From NCBI GenBank assembly GCA_963924565.1, contig OZ004608.1, positions 4,836,001-4,900,000 of the forward strand: a stretch of DNA of 64,000 bases, in the 5' to 3' direction. This document shows positions 1 through 13,191 of this stretch, piece after piece (within the stretch, counting starts at the first letter, position 1; each line of letters begins with the position of its first letter). The DNA is from Ascidiella aspersa. Its lineage: Eukaryota. The position numbers were made by a program, and so were the translations under genes. The notes under the pieces are model-generated. The model had not been told where the DNA came from. It was given only the letters and a program-made list of their open reading frames with translations, and ran no database searches.

Positions 1-62
1 AAACACAAGGACTTACACTAGTATATATTTCTAGAATCGGGAATCCCTACTCAACTACTTAC

Positions 63-3000
63 ACTTGTATATTTCCCTCCAGAACTCATCGACTTCTTGT
101 TCAATGACTTCACTCTCCAGCTTCATAAACTCGCCGTCCATCCAACGCTTCTCAGACTTCTGCCACTTTAGGATCGAGCTGTACAGCTTCTGGAAGGGCT
201 CGATTGAAGTCTGGATGCTTTCCACGATCGGATACGAGGTCAGGTCCCACTTGAACAGGGTCTCTTCCTGCATTGGGAAGACGTTAATTTGAAAAAACAT
301 TTAACAATAGATATTTTGTGCTTTTAAGTACTTATTTTAACAAATATACAATTCTTGCATTACAAACAAGACAATTAAATTATATTCATTCTTTGANNNN
401 NNNNNNNNNNNNNNNNNNNNNNNNNNNNNNNNNNNNNNNNNNNNNNNNNNNNNNNNNNNNNNNNNNNNNNNNNNNNNNNNNNNNNNNNNNNNNNNNNNNN
501 NNNNNNNNNNNNNNNNNNNNNNNNNNNNNNNNNNNNNNNNNNNNNNNNNNNNNNNNNNNNNNNNNNNNNNNNNNNNNNNNNNNNNNNNNNNNNNNNNNNN
601 NNNNNNNNNNNNNNNNNNNNNNNNNNNNNNNNNNNNNNNNNNNNNNNNNNNNNNNNNNNNNNNNNNNNNNNNNNNNNNNNNNNNNNNNNNNNNNNNNNNN
701 NNNNNNNNNNNNNNNNNNNNNNNNNNNNNNNNNNNNNNCAAACATGCACATAGTCACACACACACACACACAGACAAACACATAGCCATACACAGACACA
801 TACAGCCACACACAAAAACACATAGCCACACACACATAGACACACATAGACACACACAAAAAGAACTTCTTACCTTATTGATGAAGTGTATCTGCTCCTG
901 TGCGTCAGCCAGCCTCTTCTGTACAGTCCTTGTGTCATTTACGTATTGCTGCATCATGTCCAGCTCACCGCATTCTTCAAGCTCCGAAACCCGCCGGTTC
1001 AACTTCTCCAGCTCCAGGTTAAGGCGCTCCCTCTTCAGAAGAAGCTCCTGCTCACCTGCTTTCTTAGACTCCTCAACGAGCTAAATAACGGAAAAAATAG
1101 ACCTTTATCGTTAGCTTGAGTCATTATTTTGAGTTGTTGGAAAAATAAAATCCGTTTAGATCTAATACACCGTATACACTAGGAAAGGCTTAACGAATTC
1201 GGCTTATTTAGGATTATAGAGCAAGGAAGACCAGGTTAGATAACAATTACCCTGTGGTGAGGTTCGAACTCACGACCTCCGGCCGAACTGTTACCGTCGC
1301 TCTATTGACTAAGCTATTATTGGTATTTTTATATTAAATTTGCATGGTAAAAAAATACAGTTAATCATAAAACTCGTTTTTTTCGTAATAACAAATTTAG
1401 GGAAATGTATGTATACTCATTATCTAATGCATGGTTTCTCATTCGACGCCCAAGCTTGCAAAAATCCTGCAATAAATTTGTAATATTTTTGGGCAAGATA
1501 CGCAAACCAATGTTTAGTATTTTAAGCCCCAAAACAACAAATTTGGCAAACCGGTTTCTGTTTTTTGGCAAACAAAACTTGTATACAACTTCTATTCAAA
1601 AAAAAAATTATTATATGAAAACAATTTTTTTTTACTTTTCATTGTCCAAAAAAACGAAATATTGTGACAAAATGTTGCTTACGTCAATGGTCAAAGATAT
1701 CAAATTCTGTAAACCGGTTAACTAACCACACAAAAAAAATTATACACAAAACTGAAAACCGAGCTCCTTGAAACACTCACATAATCTTGGTTACATTAAC
1801 TTCTATTCAAAAAAAAAATTAAATGAAAAATAATATTTTTCTAAAACAAAACGTTGCTTACGTCATCGTTTTGCTCAAACACGGGCTGAATTGCTTTGGG
1901 CCACGTCATCACTGTGCTGTTGAGGTCAACGTCCTCCTGTGAAAAGATGTGGACGTCCAGGAGGAAGCAAAGTCTCTTGTGGCTCTCCTTGATGCGCTCC
2001 TTTAGCTCCGTGACTCCTGGAGGAACAAGACTGGGTTGACTTTTGCTTGATAACGCAGTCGGGAAAACCACGGTCGCGTATTCCAACGGGCGCGAGTTCG
2101 AATCCTACACTAGTTGTTTGATTGCTTAACATGTCGGGCAGTGATGACGTGTATTCCAACGGGCGCAAGTGCAAATCTTACACTAGTTGCTTAAAAGCTT
2201 CGTTTAGTATGTCGAGCAGTGGTCGTAAATTCCAACGGGTGCGAGTTCGAGTCTTACACTAGTTGTTTAATGCCTAGTACATCGTGAAGTGGATTTGAAT
2301 TACACAAGCTGCTTTAGATAAAGAATTAGCTTTTTGAGAAAGTTTCCTGAACGGTTGGACCATTTAACACGGTATTATACTTTATGTATTTCCGGCATTC
2401 TCAGAAGGCATGTGTTCCTGATAAACCTTGTGGGTGTACGTCAACACATAATGGACCCATTCTGATACGTAAAAGTACCAGTATTATTTTGCTGTAACAA
2501 TCCGGTGATGTTCTACAATAGATAAAACGTATAAATAATAAATATGCCGTTACTACCAGGCATAGTATATTTCAAATAGGTTCCTCTGGCATATATTTCT
2601 TTAACCAACGTTTATATAAATAATGTGCTAAATTTCACTTGGATGTCCACACAATGCTACATGCTTCTGTGTGGGGATTGCTATTGGGTAATGTTTTTAG
2701 TAGAACTTTAACCCTAGCTGTTTGCAAAGTCGCGTTTTTGTTTCCAAAGTCGCTTGATACGAGAGTTGACATGCTACAGTGGTTCCATATAACTGTCGCT
2801 AAGTTTATTTCTTTGTCACAAACTCACCGACAGTCCTTGCTTCTTTCACGAACTCGATCATTGTCATCATTTCCTCGCTGTTTTCCGGATGTTTCAGGCA
2901 TCGTTGTCTGATCTTCTCGAACTGGTTGCAAATGCTGGGGAATAAAGTACGTACAAATGTTTAGCGACAATTCACAGTGTAGCATGTTTGTTTACATACT

Positions 3001-6000
3001 TGGTGACAAGTTTCGATGGTTACAGTTTGAATCCCAGTAAATAAATAGGAATATACAGTTAAAAAAATAGTATTATGGTATTAAAAAGTCATTTTGGTGT
3101 ATTGTTGATCTCCCGCAGACCAAAAATGTTAAACACAACATTATGGTTAGATATCAACCATATTTATCTTAAAAATGTTAATTTAGGCCTGGTAAAAAAA
3201 CATATTTGTCCAAATTAATGATTCCTTTTTTACACCTTGACATAGTAAAAGCATGTAAACATTTCACACCTGTAAATAGTAAACAGCCTATAAATGTAAA
3301 GTTTTCAACAAGTTTATAGTTTAACGTTCAATATCGGAACGTCGGCTTTTAATTAAAACAATTGCCTTTAGGGGAAAATACAAAATACATATTCATCGTT
3401 GTGATTAGGTCCCAGTTACTTACTCTTCATTGTCTACCCTATGGTCGTGTGAAAGTTGGTCGAGGAGGGTTCCGGCATGCTTTTTGGCAAAGTCCACCAA
3501 ACCGCGCTTGATGTCTTCGCAATCCAAGCGAACCTAAGAAAAGAGAGTAGTGATGAAAAATAGTGAATAATTGTGAAAATAGCAACGGTACTTGGCTTTT
3601 CTCAGGGGGTTTCGGAAACATAGAGCTTTGTTTTTACAAGATTTATGGTAACATCTCATAGCTCAGCGGGATAAAATACCTTCGTGCGATTTAGGGGTTA
3701 TATTTAATGTTGCAGAAAAATTGCTGTGGATTAGGCATCTTTTATGTTGAAATGTCCCTCGTAATTTCTACCACATTTTTTGAAATATGACTTATGCAGA
3801 TAAATTCTCAGAAATACCAAAAATAAAGCTACACAAGCTCAGAGGGGAGCAAGTCGAGCAACAAGCCTACACCAATGCTTTTCTGTTAGTATAACCAACT
3901 TCACATTATAGGGGGTCAACAGCACCATATCATTATTCAATGAAAGATACAAACACACAACTAACCATGTTAAAATGTACAATGCTGTCCAGGTCAAGTA
4001 TCTCCGCAGCCACAGCACGGAACTCCCCGATGAAGCTGCAGTAATCCTGGAACGAGTGTTCCTCCTTTTTGAACTGTTCGATCTTTTCAGCTGCCTCCCC
4101 ATTCACCAGGTAGCTGTACATCTCCACTGCGACAAGACGATATATTATAGATGAGACCTCAGGACTCGATGTATATAGGTTGTTGAATTCATGTCAGTAT
4201 AAAAGACAACATACGTATTGGGAAAGAAGGTTTCAAGGGAGCATGACGTTGTATTATTTATTCTGGCTTTGTATTTTTTTTTTACGAGTACAAAAATGTT
4301 TTTTTAAATCTAATGCATTTTTCGATGGTGGTGGTAGTAGAAAGTTTTTGCTCAGTTTGCTTAAAACGCTGGCATTTACCTTACTAAAATGACTGCTAAA
4401 TCTTATGTAATAAACCTTAGTAAAACTTGTTTTATTTAAATCGCTCCAAATATACGTACATTGGGTTGGTTACCTAAGCGTAGTAAAGGTTAAAATCATT
4501 TAAACTACTCCTAAAACAAGTGTATTGTGTTCCCCCAAAAAAACAATATTTCTATAGCCTAACGCTATAACTAGGAAAATCGCTGCATGGCTATGTGTGT
4601 ATTATGTCACATCAATAGAAAAAATTCCAAGTCGTGGTTATTTTTTACATTTTTATTCAGCGCTTTTTTTGGATTGGATATTCTCATTACTAGGCATGAA
4701 GCAATACCTTTTTCGCATTTTGCCAACGTAAAAACCCAAAGGGCGTTAATGCAAATGAAGATCGTATTGACTCCTACAACTCAAGGATCTTAGAAATCTT
4801 ACTCTTTTATGCTAAATGCGCGATATAATGCAGTGTTGGGAGCTTATACTTTATAAAGCCCCATAAACACGTGTTGTATATTCCTTAAATTCCTCAAATT
4901 CCGTCAATAAACCCTACCGAAGAAATCCATGTGTTCTTGCACTTGTTCGAAGTTCTTCTTAGTGGCCAGCCTCAGTGCGACCTTAACCTTCGTGGTGAGC
5001 TGTTCGGACACTGTTGTGTCCACGTTGACTGTGGACGCGGATCCGGCAAGCCAGGACTGGACAGTAGGCACGCTATGCATACTTCCGCTGATCGTGTCAG
5101 CAACGAACAGAATGCAGTCTTCGAGGTCCTGTAGAGGTATGCAAAAAAATCCTTTTTAACGATTTCGACGGTTTAATTTTAATCTGGAGTAAAATAGCTT
5201 TTTGTCGTTTTTCCACTGTTTAAGTTAAGGACTTGACCAAAGTGCACCAAATTAACTGTTTTTAAATGACTTGACTCGACTTAACACACATTACATTTCA
5301 GGTTAAACTTTGAAAAAGTCTAGATTTTATTTTTTTGATTTCACACAAAAATTTTATTTTCACCTGGGAGCTTGGATAAAACTCCATCTTTCCCTCATCG
5401 AAAGTCAGCTCCATTTTAAAGATAGGAAGCTGGTGCTGATTGTCAAGGTCGAACAAGGTCATCCAGTGCTCCAAGGAGCGGGCGACCAAATCTTTCAGCT
5501 AAAATGTAACAAGGTTTTGCACAAAAATTGCTTGTAAGAAATTACTGGCACATCACTTTAACATTACTTTTGTTATAATGTAGTTTTACCCAGTTCTAAC
5601 TTGTTTATTGTAAAAAATCTTGCAGGGTGCCGGTTTGAACAACACAGGAAAACTTATTCTTTACCTTGTTTACCAATAAACTAAAATACTTTGTTTATTT
5701 ACCGTGTATTGAACTGCCAAGTTTGTGTGTAAAGTTAAACAAACAAAAATAAGTCGCTGATAAAAAATAGCAATTTTTTTTATATAAATATATATATATA
5801 ATTGTGTTTTAACAATTCGGTTTCAATAAAAACCAAAAATAACAAAACAATTTAACTTGAAAAGACTAGACAGTGTGGGGTAGACATCTTACACTACTGC
5901 AATAATACATGTTGCACCACAAAACTATCAGGTTTCTGTTGTTGCAGAGATATGATCTGCCCAGAGTGATATGGCAAAACTTTATTAAGTAACCAGTAAA

Positions 6001-9000
6001 TTTCTATTTTAAATGAGTGTTTTTTATTATATCTTTATCTTTTAAAAAGGCTAACATTTGTATGCTGGTAACTCAATACAAAACAGTAAATTAATTAGCA
6101 AACAGAAACTAGTTTGCCAAGTCGAAAACCTTTGAAAAAATAATGTAATTTTAAAATGTAAGGCAAATAAATTAGTTACCTGGTTTCAAACTTTAAAACT
6201 ATTTAAAGCAAACACGAAAAAACATAAATGATTCCAAAAGACTAACAAACTTTTCAAAAATAAAACAAGAATATATAGTGTTTTAATGTTAACTACCTGG
6301 TTTGAGATCAGTGTGCTAACGCAGGCGTAAAATGAGTCCATTTTGTCGCGTCGGATCATCTTAAACTTTTGCTCATCGCCGAAAACGTTGATGACTTTGG
6401 GGTACCATCGTAACATCAGTTTATCCTCAGATTTCTCGCATTCAATGAGGACTTGGTTTCGTAGATGCTCAATTTCGATGGGACCATCTTGCCTGGAAAT
6501 ACAGTTGGAGTATTTATATTTAATAATGAGAAATACAGTGTCGAATACATTGTCAGCCTTGAGAGGGGCTGGAATTCACTTTTGAATTAAGGATATTGTG
6601 TTGGCAGAGTTATATGTTAGAAAAATAAATAGATTGCAGTTGTACACAATTAAGTATGACTGTTTTAGTGGTCAGCAATTAGTAATTGTCTATTTTATTT
6701 GTATTCATGAATAAAGTTATATCATATAAGTAATTAAAATAAATAAAAAATGTTTTAAACTTTGGTTTAGCTATAAAACAACATTTTATTTTGAAGCAGT
6801 GGAATAACACAATATGGTTGTTCAATTAGTTAATAAAAAGCAGCTAAACCGTTAATTATGCCTCAATATAAACAGAATAAATAAATTTAGCCATTTCAAA
6901 ACGGACAATGTCAGTTTCGGAAAAAAAATGCAATAATATATATATATATATATAAAGAATACAGTATATACAATGAGTGTATATTGAATACATTTTTCCT
7001 ATGTAGCAAAGTTTATCCCGAATTGTTGTTAACAGTAAGCACTCAATTACCTGAGGTCTCCTAAATCGACCATCAAAAGGTCCTGGAGGTTATTTTGGCA
7101 CATGAGTAGGACGGTTTGCATGGACGGATGGGTTATCCATAAGTTGGCTTCAATATCTTTCTTTGCTTTTACAAATGTATGATGCCAAGGACTTGAGTAG
7201 TCAATGCCACTGAAATAACAATTGTTTACATTAAAACTGAGTTTTTGCTGTTGTCAATAATAGCAGGAATTTCGTTTACAAACAGCTTTTTAATTCTCAT
7301 GGTGAAGAATGCTATCTGGACCATGACAACATGTCATTAACTGATTTAAAAAAAATTAAGCAAAGTTTGACATAAAAGAGCCATTTAAGTGCCATCATTA
7401 AAGAGCCACAAAAGTAGTTTTAGTAGACATATAATCAATAAGGGGTACAAGCGCAAAAGAGCAATCCGACCAAATAGCCTATAGGCACTTCCTGAGGCTC
7501 TTTACCTGGCTAACAAAGTAGTAACCCAAATCTATAGATAAGCACGTATTGGTGTAAGCGTAAAAAGAGGGATCCGGTCAAACAGCTTCCATTTTAAAAT
7601 GACTGTTTTACTGAAAGTGCCATGATTTATGTTAATTCCAGTTTAAACAACATACGGAAAAAACCTGGCGCTACATGTTGTTTGGTTTTAATTTTATACA
7701 GAAATGAAGTAAGTAGCCATTTAAACAAATTATTATAATACAATTATTACTAAATCATTGTTTTTTATAATTATTATTAAGTTGTTTAATTATTTAACTA
7801 AAAAAATTGGTAAGGGTCACTTTTCTTTTACAATGACTATTTTTGGATCATTTGATGAAAAATGAGAGTAATTAGCAAATGTTTTGCTTGTTCAGTCTTC
7901 CGGTGTAAATATTGCTGATCTGTTTTGCGATGATGTATGTACCTCGGTTCAGAAGGCGGAGGTCCTGCTTGCTCATCGTCCAGACCTTTCACTGATGGCT
8001 TCAGCAAAACATGTTGAACTGTAATGATTGAAAAACATTGTTTGATAAATGTCAACAATGACTATTCTAAAAACAAATGTTAAAGCCTTTTATTAAATTG
8101 TGATTCATTCACCTTTTCACATGTTTTGCATATTAAAAATAATCCATATTTAAATAATTGTTTTGCTTTAAATAATTTGTTTTATATGAAAAAAAAAACA
8201 ATAACAAACCTGAATGTTTATATACTGTAGCATATCAACAAAAGAAAGATTATCATTATTTAAAACAAAAATATTTTAAAAATAGTATAACTTCAGCTGT
8301 GAATCAGCTGCATAAAAAATTAACAAGGTTTTCCAAACATCCTACAAGCTACTTCTGTTCGTGTTTTCCAAACATCCTGCAAGCTACTTCTTGTTCTAGA
8401 CTTTTTACCCATAGATTTTCTTGTGCTTGCTTCAAAGTCTACTTCAACTTCTTTGAAGATGTCCTCGATGAGGCCTTTCTGTGTCTTCGATTGTTGCAAG
8501 TGTGTCGGAACTTTTTGGAGGATCGAGGTCAGCCAGTGTTGCTGCAGGGGAACCACCGGGCCCGATTCCACACACTTTTTCATGTACATGTACATTTGCT
8601 GCAAGCGAAAGAATAAAACACTTCAATTTCTTATAATAATCAAAAACAGCTCGTCTGGTAATTGTAATTCTTCAATTTCTTGTTTTGTTATGAAACTTAG
8701 CTTTTAGTGATTTTTTAATCAAAAGGCTTTAAGAACATTGCCTGATGTAGGGCTATCAAGATTTTAGTCAATTAAGTTTTGCTTTGTTTGGTCAAACTAT
8801 GCTTTCTATGCATTTTAAAAATTGAAATAAGGGAATTAGAAAAAACATAGGAAGTGTAACAAAGGGAACATTAATTATTATTAATGTTTCTGTAAAAAAA
8901 AATAAAAAAAAATTGTATTTTTTACAAATTTATTTATTGTTTATTTGCTGATATAATATAGATGTAAAGTCTTAATTGTTATGTACAACTTCACTTACCC

Positions 9001-10111
9001 TTCTTCTGCGATCTACGCTCATCATCTAAAATAAAGATAGAATAAAGTAAAACATAAACACTTCACTAAGAAATACTAGACAGATAAGTTATTGTTACAT
9101 TCAAAAAGTTGGGTAAATTGAGAATAATAAATAGCAAATAAAGCTCCTAGAAACCTACAGAAGTGGGCATATTTGGTTCGGCTTTCTTTTTTGGAGCTCT
9201 CCGAACGAGTTCTGCGGTGTCTTCGGCGGCTATTTCAGCTTCTTTTACACTGGATTACAAATAAATTAGTTTTAATGAGTACAAAATTATTTTACCAAAC
9301 AGTCTATCAGATATCTTCAAGAATATTAACAAGGGCACAAAAAAAACAACATATGTAGATAGCGATTTTTTTCATGTTTCCTGTTTTACCAAAGGTATAG
9401 ATTTGTGCATGGGTTTAACAAACTAATATTGGACATAATAAGAGATTGAGGTATGTTGACAAACTTTCAGCATCCTAAAATTAATTGGTGAATAAAATAC
9501 ATAAATTATTTGGATAAAACAGATTTTTTTTAACCATTAACTATAATATAATTAACAGGGGAAAATTGAGCAATACATAGTTAATAGATTTTAGGCTAAA
9601 TGTTATTAGATGTTTGAAGCGTCATCATATGCTTCATCAGACACCACTGAAACAAGACATAATGAAAACAAGACATATGATTACAACATGCATAATGGAT
9701 GGAAGTTGTAGCAAGACAATGAAGAAATATCAAAGCCGATACAAAAGTAGGTGCCATTTGTTGATTTTAAAAGTATATCTTTGTATGTTTTCAACCTGGG
9801 CTTCAGAATGAATAAACATTTTTTGAAACATTGACAAATTGCAATCTACTTCTGTATGGTCTTTTTTTATTCTTCATAAAAAACAATATTTTCCAAAAAA
9901 CCTACATAATGTTGTTGAGAACTTGTTGGTAATGTTTGCTTCTCCGGTATGTCATGAGTTTGCTCTTGGAGAAATCCCGGCTAATTGCTCCCCCAGATGC
10001 GACTCCATTCCGGGTTGGAATTGGGGGGAGGCGCTGGTGCCTGTTGGTGGTTTTCGAGGATGTTCCGTTAAGCAAGGAACCAGTAATCTTCTCTTTTGAA
10101 GAAGATGCCAT
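63..10111 (-). CDS. DNAH12: Axonemal dynein heavy chain 12-like, N-terminal 15 coding exons (gene continues beyond left edge)
   Basis: Phase-consistent GT-AG exons: 10111-9906, 9249-9159, 9025-8999, 8598-8409, 8018-7943, 7209-7051, 6492-6297, 5498-5364, 5128-4918, 4126-3966, 3533-3424, 2934-2828, 2016-1862, 1080-874, 267-63. Peptides SKLMTYRRSK, YMKKCVESGPVVPLQQHWL, GIDYSSPWH, WYPKVIN, LPIFKMELTFDEGKMEFYP, VRLDCEDIK, KWQKSEKRWMDG are colinear with the vertebrate DNAH12 N-terminus as I recall it. Confidence 0.9.
397..738. other. Assembly gap (N run) inside a DNAH12 intron
   Basis: 342 consecutive N next to a CA-rich microsatellite. Confidence 0.99.
739..858. repeat. Imperfect (CA)n microsatellite
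   Basis: cacacaca tracts interspersed with catagcca/cataga units. Confidence 0.9.
1250..1317 (-). mobile_element. tRNA-derived SINE-like head
   Basis: Minus strand reads TAGCTTAGTCAATAGAGCG (A-box-like)...GGTCGTGAGTTCGAACCTCACCACAGG (B-box). Related copies at ~37381-37420 (+) and ~40693-40762 (-). No complete cloverleaf. Confidence 0.6.
2071..2292 (+). repeat. Tandem repeat, ~75-bp unit x3, with a B-box-like core
   Basis: Three copies of TTCCAACGGGYGCRAGT(T/G)CRARTCYTACACTAGTTG in a DNAH12 intron. Confidence 0.8.
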
Positions 10112-11615
10112 CTTGCTTGATTCTTAAAACGCTGTGCTATTGTATCATGATTTAAGTTAGAAATCTTGATACCTAAAAGTAGTATAAAAATTTATGAAAG
10201 AAATGTCACTTATGTTTTCTACACAGAAATACTATGTAACACCAGATGCTTTCGAATAAGGCTAACAGAAATCAGTCAGCATGATCATCATATGAACTTA
10301 TAATTGTTTGGCTACATGTCCTAGAACCAGTCTGCATACTATGACAGGCCTAACTGCATTCCATAATTTGTGGCGCCAAATATTCACAAAAAAATTTTAT
10401 TGGCTGAAATCCTATGCCAAAATAGGACGATATATACGTTAGAATGCAATCAGGATGACACATCCAAAATTTTCCAAACTAATTTGTGTGCACATCTAAA
10501 TCTTTTTGCCCTATCCATAAAACGCCTTGGGTATTTACAAACACTGGATATCTGCACACATAAAATATTTGTTGCTGTACACTCAAGATCTCAGCTAGTG
10601 AAATAAAATAAAAGCTGGAATAACATTTTACATAAATTAGTGTCCATTTTTTCTTTACAGAAGTTTTTTTACACTAACTTTTTTAGTGTTTTTTTTTCAA
10701 TTTTGACTGGTGCACACAATGTATACTTATGTATTTTTTACAAGGCTAATAAATAATAGCCTAGGAAGTTGAGGCTTCTGTTGGGCTTAAATGATTTGGC
10801 CATATTGATTTAGAAATTACTTGAAGAAAAAAAACAATCCATATTATTAAGGAAGAGGCTATTTACCTGGACACCAAATTAATTCAAATCCACATACAAT
10901 CACTAATGAGTGGAAGCCTAAAAGAGCAGTCGAGTCAAATAGATAATAGGCAACCTCCGAGGCTATACTCACCTGACAAAGTAATTTAAATTGATTTCTG
11001 AAAAAAATGACTAAAATTATGAAAAACCGGAAAATTAAATTTAATACTACCACCCAGACCCTAACCAAAATCAATAAATATTCACGTATTTGGTGCAAGC
11101 GTAAAAGAGTGATCCGGTCAAATAGCCACTTCCAATTATTAATGGGTGGGATGCCGAACTGGTTTTATTAGCCTTCAAGTCACATGTTTATTACTAAGTA
11201 TATCTGGATCGTGTATTTTTAAGATAGCTAGACATACTTTATGTTAACTACAATTACAAATGTTGCTTGCTGTCCTCGAAAATAAATATTATTATTGACC
11301 TCCAAGCATGTGTAGTTTTTTAAATATATATTACGAAGAATACAAGTTGTTCTTAATCCATTTGTTATAACAAAGAATGTAAATATTACGAAATATAATT
11401 TCCACATTAGTTTTTACACTTTCTCTGGCAAAACCATTATATAAAGTACTAAACTAGTCTGAATAGAGGTAAAATTACATTGCAGTCAGCTTTGGACAGA
11501 TTAATCAAAAAGAGGAATCGTAATAAAATTAATAGAGAGAAGCACTGATTAAAAAAAAGCCAGAAATGTTTTTCTAAATACTTTCAAAAACGTGATTTAA
11601 TGAAGACTTGGCGTA

Positions 11616-11629
11616 GTTGCCTTGGTTAC
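11616..11629 (-). promoter_or_regulatory. RFX X-box upstream of DNAH12
   Basis: GTTGCCTTGGTTAC (reverse complement GTAACCAAGGCAAC) matches GTNRCC-N0-3-RGYAAC, 1.5 kb 5' of the DNAH12 ATG. A candidate 5'UTR intron (donor ~10972, acceptor ~10173) lies between. Confidence 0.6.
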
Positions 11630-12721
11630 AAAACTTAAATGCTCATTAGCGCTATTGGTGGCCATATTTTTAACATTGTTATAGAATGCTAGCAAAACAA
11701 GCAATTTCACGGTTGACCAATATTTATTTAAAGCGATACCTCCCTTATTTGTTTTGTTATTCAATTTCCAAAAGGTACAACGAATTTACTTTGTCGTAAT
11801 GTAAAAATATCTCTGATGCGCGTTTGAGCAAAGAGATAATATTATAATCTCTTTCGTTTGAGTTGTTGTGCACTTCAGGTTTTGTGAAATGCTAACTACA
11901 AGATTTTAACCTTTAGAAATTGTGGAAATCTACATTGCGTTATGTTGGTATTTCACAAATATAAAATTTAGTCTGATGAAATGACTTTAAAATAGGGAAA
12001 CGAATCTAAGTCACAAGGTGTCGCTCGCTAGCGTGTAATTAAAAACAAGAAAAGGGTCTTTTTTATTTAATTTATCTACCTCCTCCTATAATCCTAGATC
12101 CACTAGAAAATAATTACTGTTTGTAACTTTGAAGGCGACACGATGTGTTACGTGCACCAATGACTTTTAAATAATATTCTAAGTATGAGAACATGCCATC
12201 GATCTTTCAATCTAAATTAAGTCGGTGATGGGCCTACATATTTCCCAAAAAGTTTCTATTATAACTTCCAACCATTTTTCATTTAATCTTTACTTTTTTT
12301 TCCGAGTTTTGTTGTTTGCTTTAACCAAGTTGTACAGATTAGCAAATCGTGCCTAAACTGTATGAACATAATTAAGTTGTGATATCTTGGTGTGAAACAC
12401 TTAAAAAATATCGCTTCTGTCCTAAACTGTCAAAAAACAGCCAAAGCCCCTTTAGGCTAAAATCTAGTTACTTGTATTACTGCGCTTGTGCAAAGAAGTG
12501 GCCGTCATCACAAAGTGGAACTCAATGTAGAAAAAAGTGCATGAGAAGTATGGAAAGTTGTAACACTAAATTCTTGGATTGAAAAATAAACAATCTAAGC
12601 GAATATGAGGCTCGGACTAGACACAATGTTTACTCAATTCAAAATAGCACTAGCAACAATTAAATGCAGAATTAACAAATGGGTCAATAATCGCAGTAGT
12701 ACTACATATAACTTTTCGGCA

Positions 12722-12901
12722 CTGGTCTAGAATCCTACAACATTTATACTACCAAAATTACACTACCAAATCAAGTTGTCATAGTTGAAATTGCAAGAAT
12801 GGCATATATATTTAAGAATAAACCAAACCCAAACTCTCGCCCTAACCAAATAATGTTAGCAATATAACCCCCGACGAAAATGTGGTACGATTCTAGACCA
12901 G
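12722..12901. mobile_element. Small non-autonomous element with CTGGTCTAGAAT inverted ends and CCCTAACC core
   Basis: ctggtctagaatcctacaacattt ... aaatgtggtacgattctagaccag. A partial second copy lies at ~27084-27153 in TRMU intron 1. Confidence 0.6.
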
Positions 12902-13191
12902 CCCCAACTTTTCTATTAGATCAAGCGAGGATTAATTTATAAGCTGTAGTAAATATAGATCAGTTAGTTTGCCATATCGTTAACAATAACTCACACCCAA
13001 ATTGTCCCAGAACAATACTCAACATTAGAAGGTAAGTTTTTGCCCGAAAATTCGGTCACAGTGCTAGGCACCCCCCACCCCCCAAAAAATAAAAAATAGT
13101 GCTAATTTAGGGAAATTACGCCACGGCATTGTAACACCTCATTTTGATCAGTAGAAAACGCGCAATTCAAATTCGCGCCACAAAATAAAGT

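Noticed and set aside
318-859. ORFs containing long X runs
   Set aside because: Artefacts of the N gap and CA microsatellite.
1250-1317. Functional tRNA gene
   Set aside because: A/B boxes are present but acceptor and anticodon stems do not pair well; several diverged copies point to a SINE.
2071-2292. CRISPR-like array or tRNA gene cluster
   Set aside because: Eukaryotic intron; units are similar along their whole length with no unique spacers, no cas genes and no convincing cloverleaf.
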